Positions 63,943 through 64,000 of a stretch of 64,000 nt of DNA are shown here, in pieces. The translations under genes were made by a program, and so were the position numbers. Origin of the DNA: an uncultured Actinomycetes bacterium (GTDB lineage Bacteria; Actinomycetota; UBA4738; HRBIN12). The notes under the pieces were generated by a model. That model made no database searches, was not told the DNA's origin, and worked only from the letters and a program-made list of their open reading frames with translations. Numbering within the stretch: position 1 is the stretch's first letter; every line of letters starts with the position of its first letter. The DNA lies in contig OY969934.1 of NCBI GenBank assembly GCA_963704725.1, positions 2,592,001 to 2,656,000 on the forward strand. The letters are read 5' to 3'.

Positions 63943-64000
63943 GACCTCGCACCGCAGGGTGGGGCGAGCGTACGTTCGGGCGCCGGCCTGCGTAGGCGAA

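Overview
High-GC genomic DNA from an actinobacterium, probably a deep-branching lineage (inferred from whiB, F420 genes, DUF3499/DUF5719 and a retained prfB frameshift). Bases 1-~6100 are the right part of an integrative element inserted at the 3' end of the tmRNA gene (ssrA). It carries a large serine recombinase, a replication-relaxation protein and a cargo operon: MauE-like membrane protein, MauD-like thioredoxin, a Tat-exported 42-aa peptide with 10 Cys, and an FtsX-type ABC permease. This operon is the best candidate for an undescribed system, namely dedicated maturation and export of a disulfide-rich peptide. The rest is mostly conserved chromosome: ssrA-smpB (frameshifted)-ftsXE, prfB, secA, an osmoprotectant ABC transporter, comF-raiA motif RNA-hpf, ahcY/PNP/PGI-PMI/manB, whiB with a histone-like gene, F420 biosynthesis (fbiC, cofD, cofE), a nucleoside ABC transporter, a DUF3105 cluster and a wzm/wzt surface-glycan locus. 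Start codons were picked by eye, and family names come from motif recognition, not database searches.
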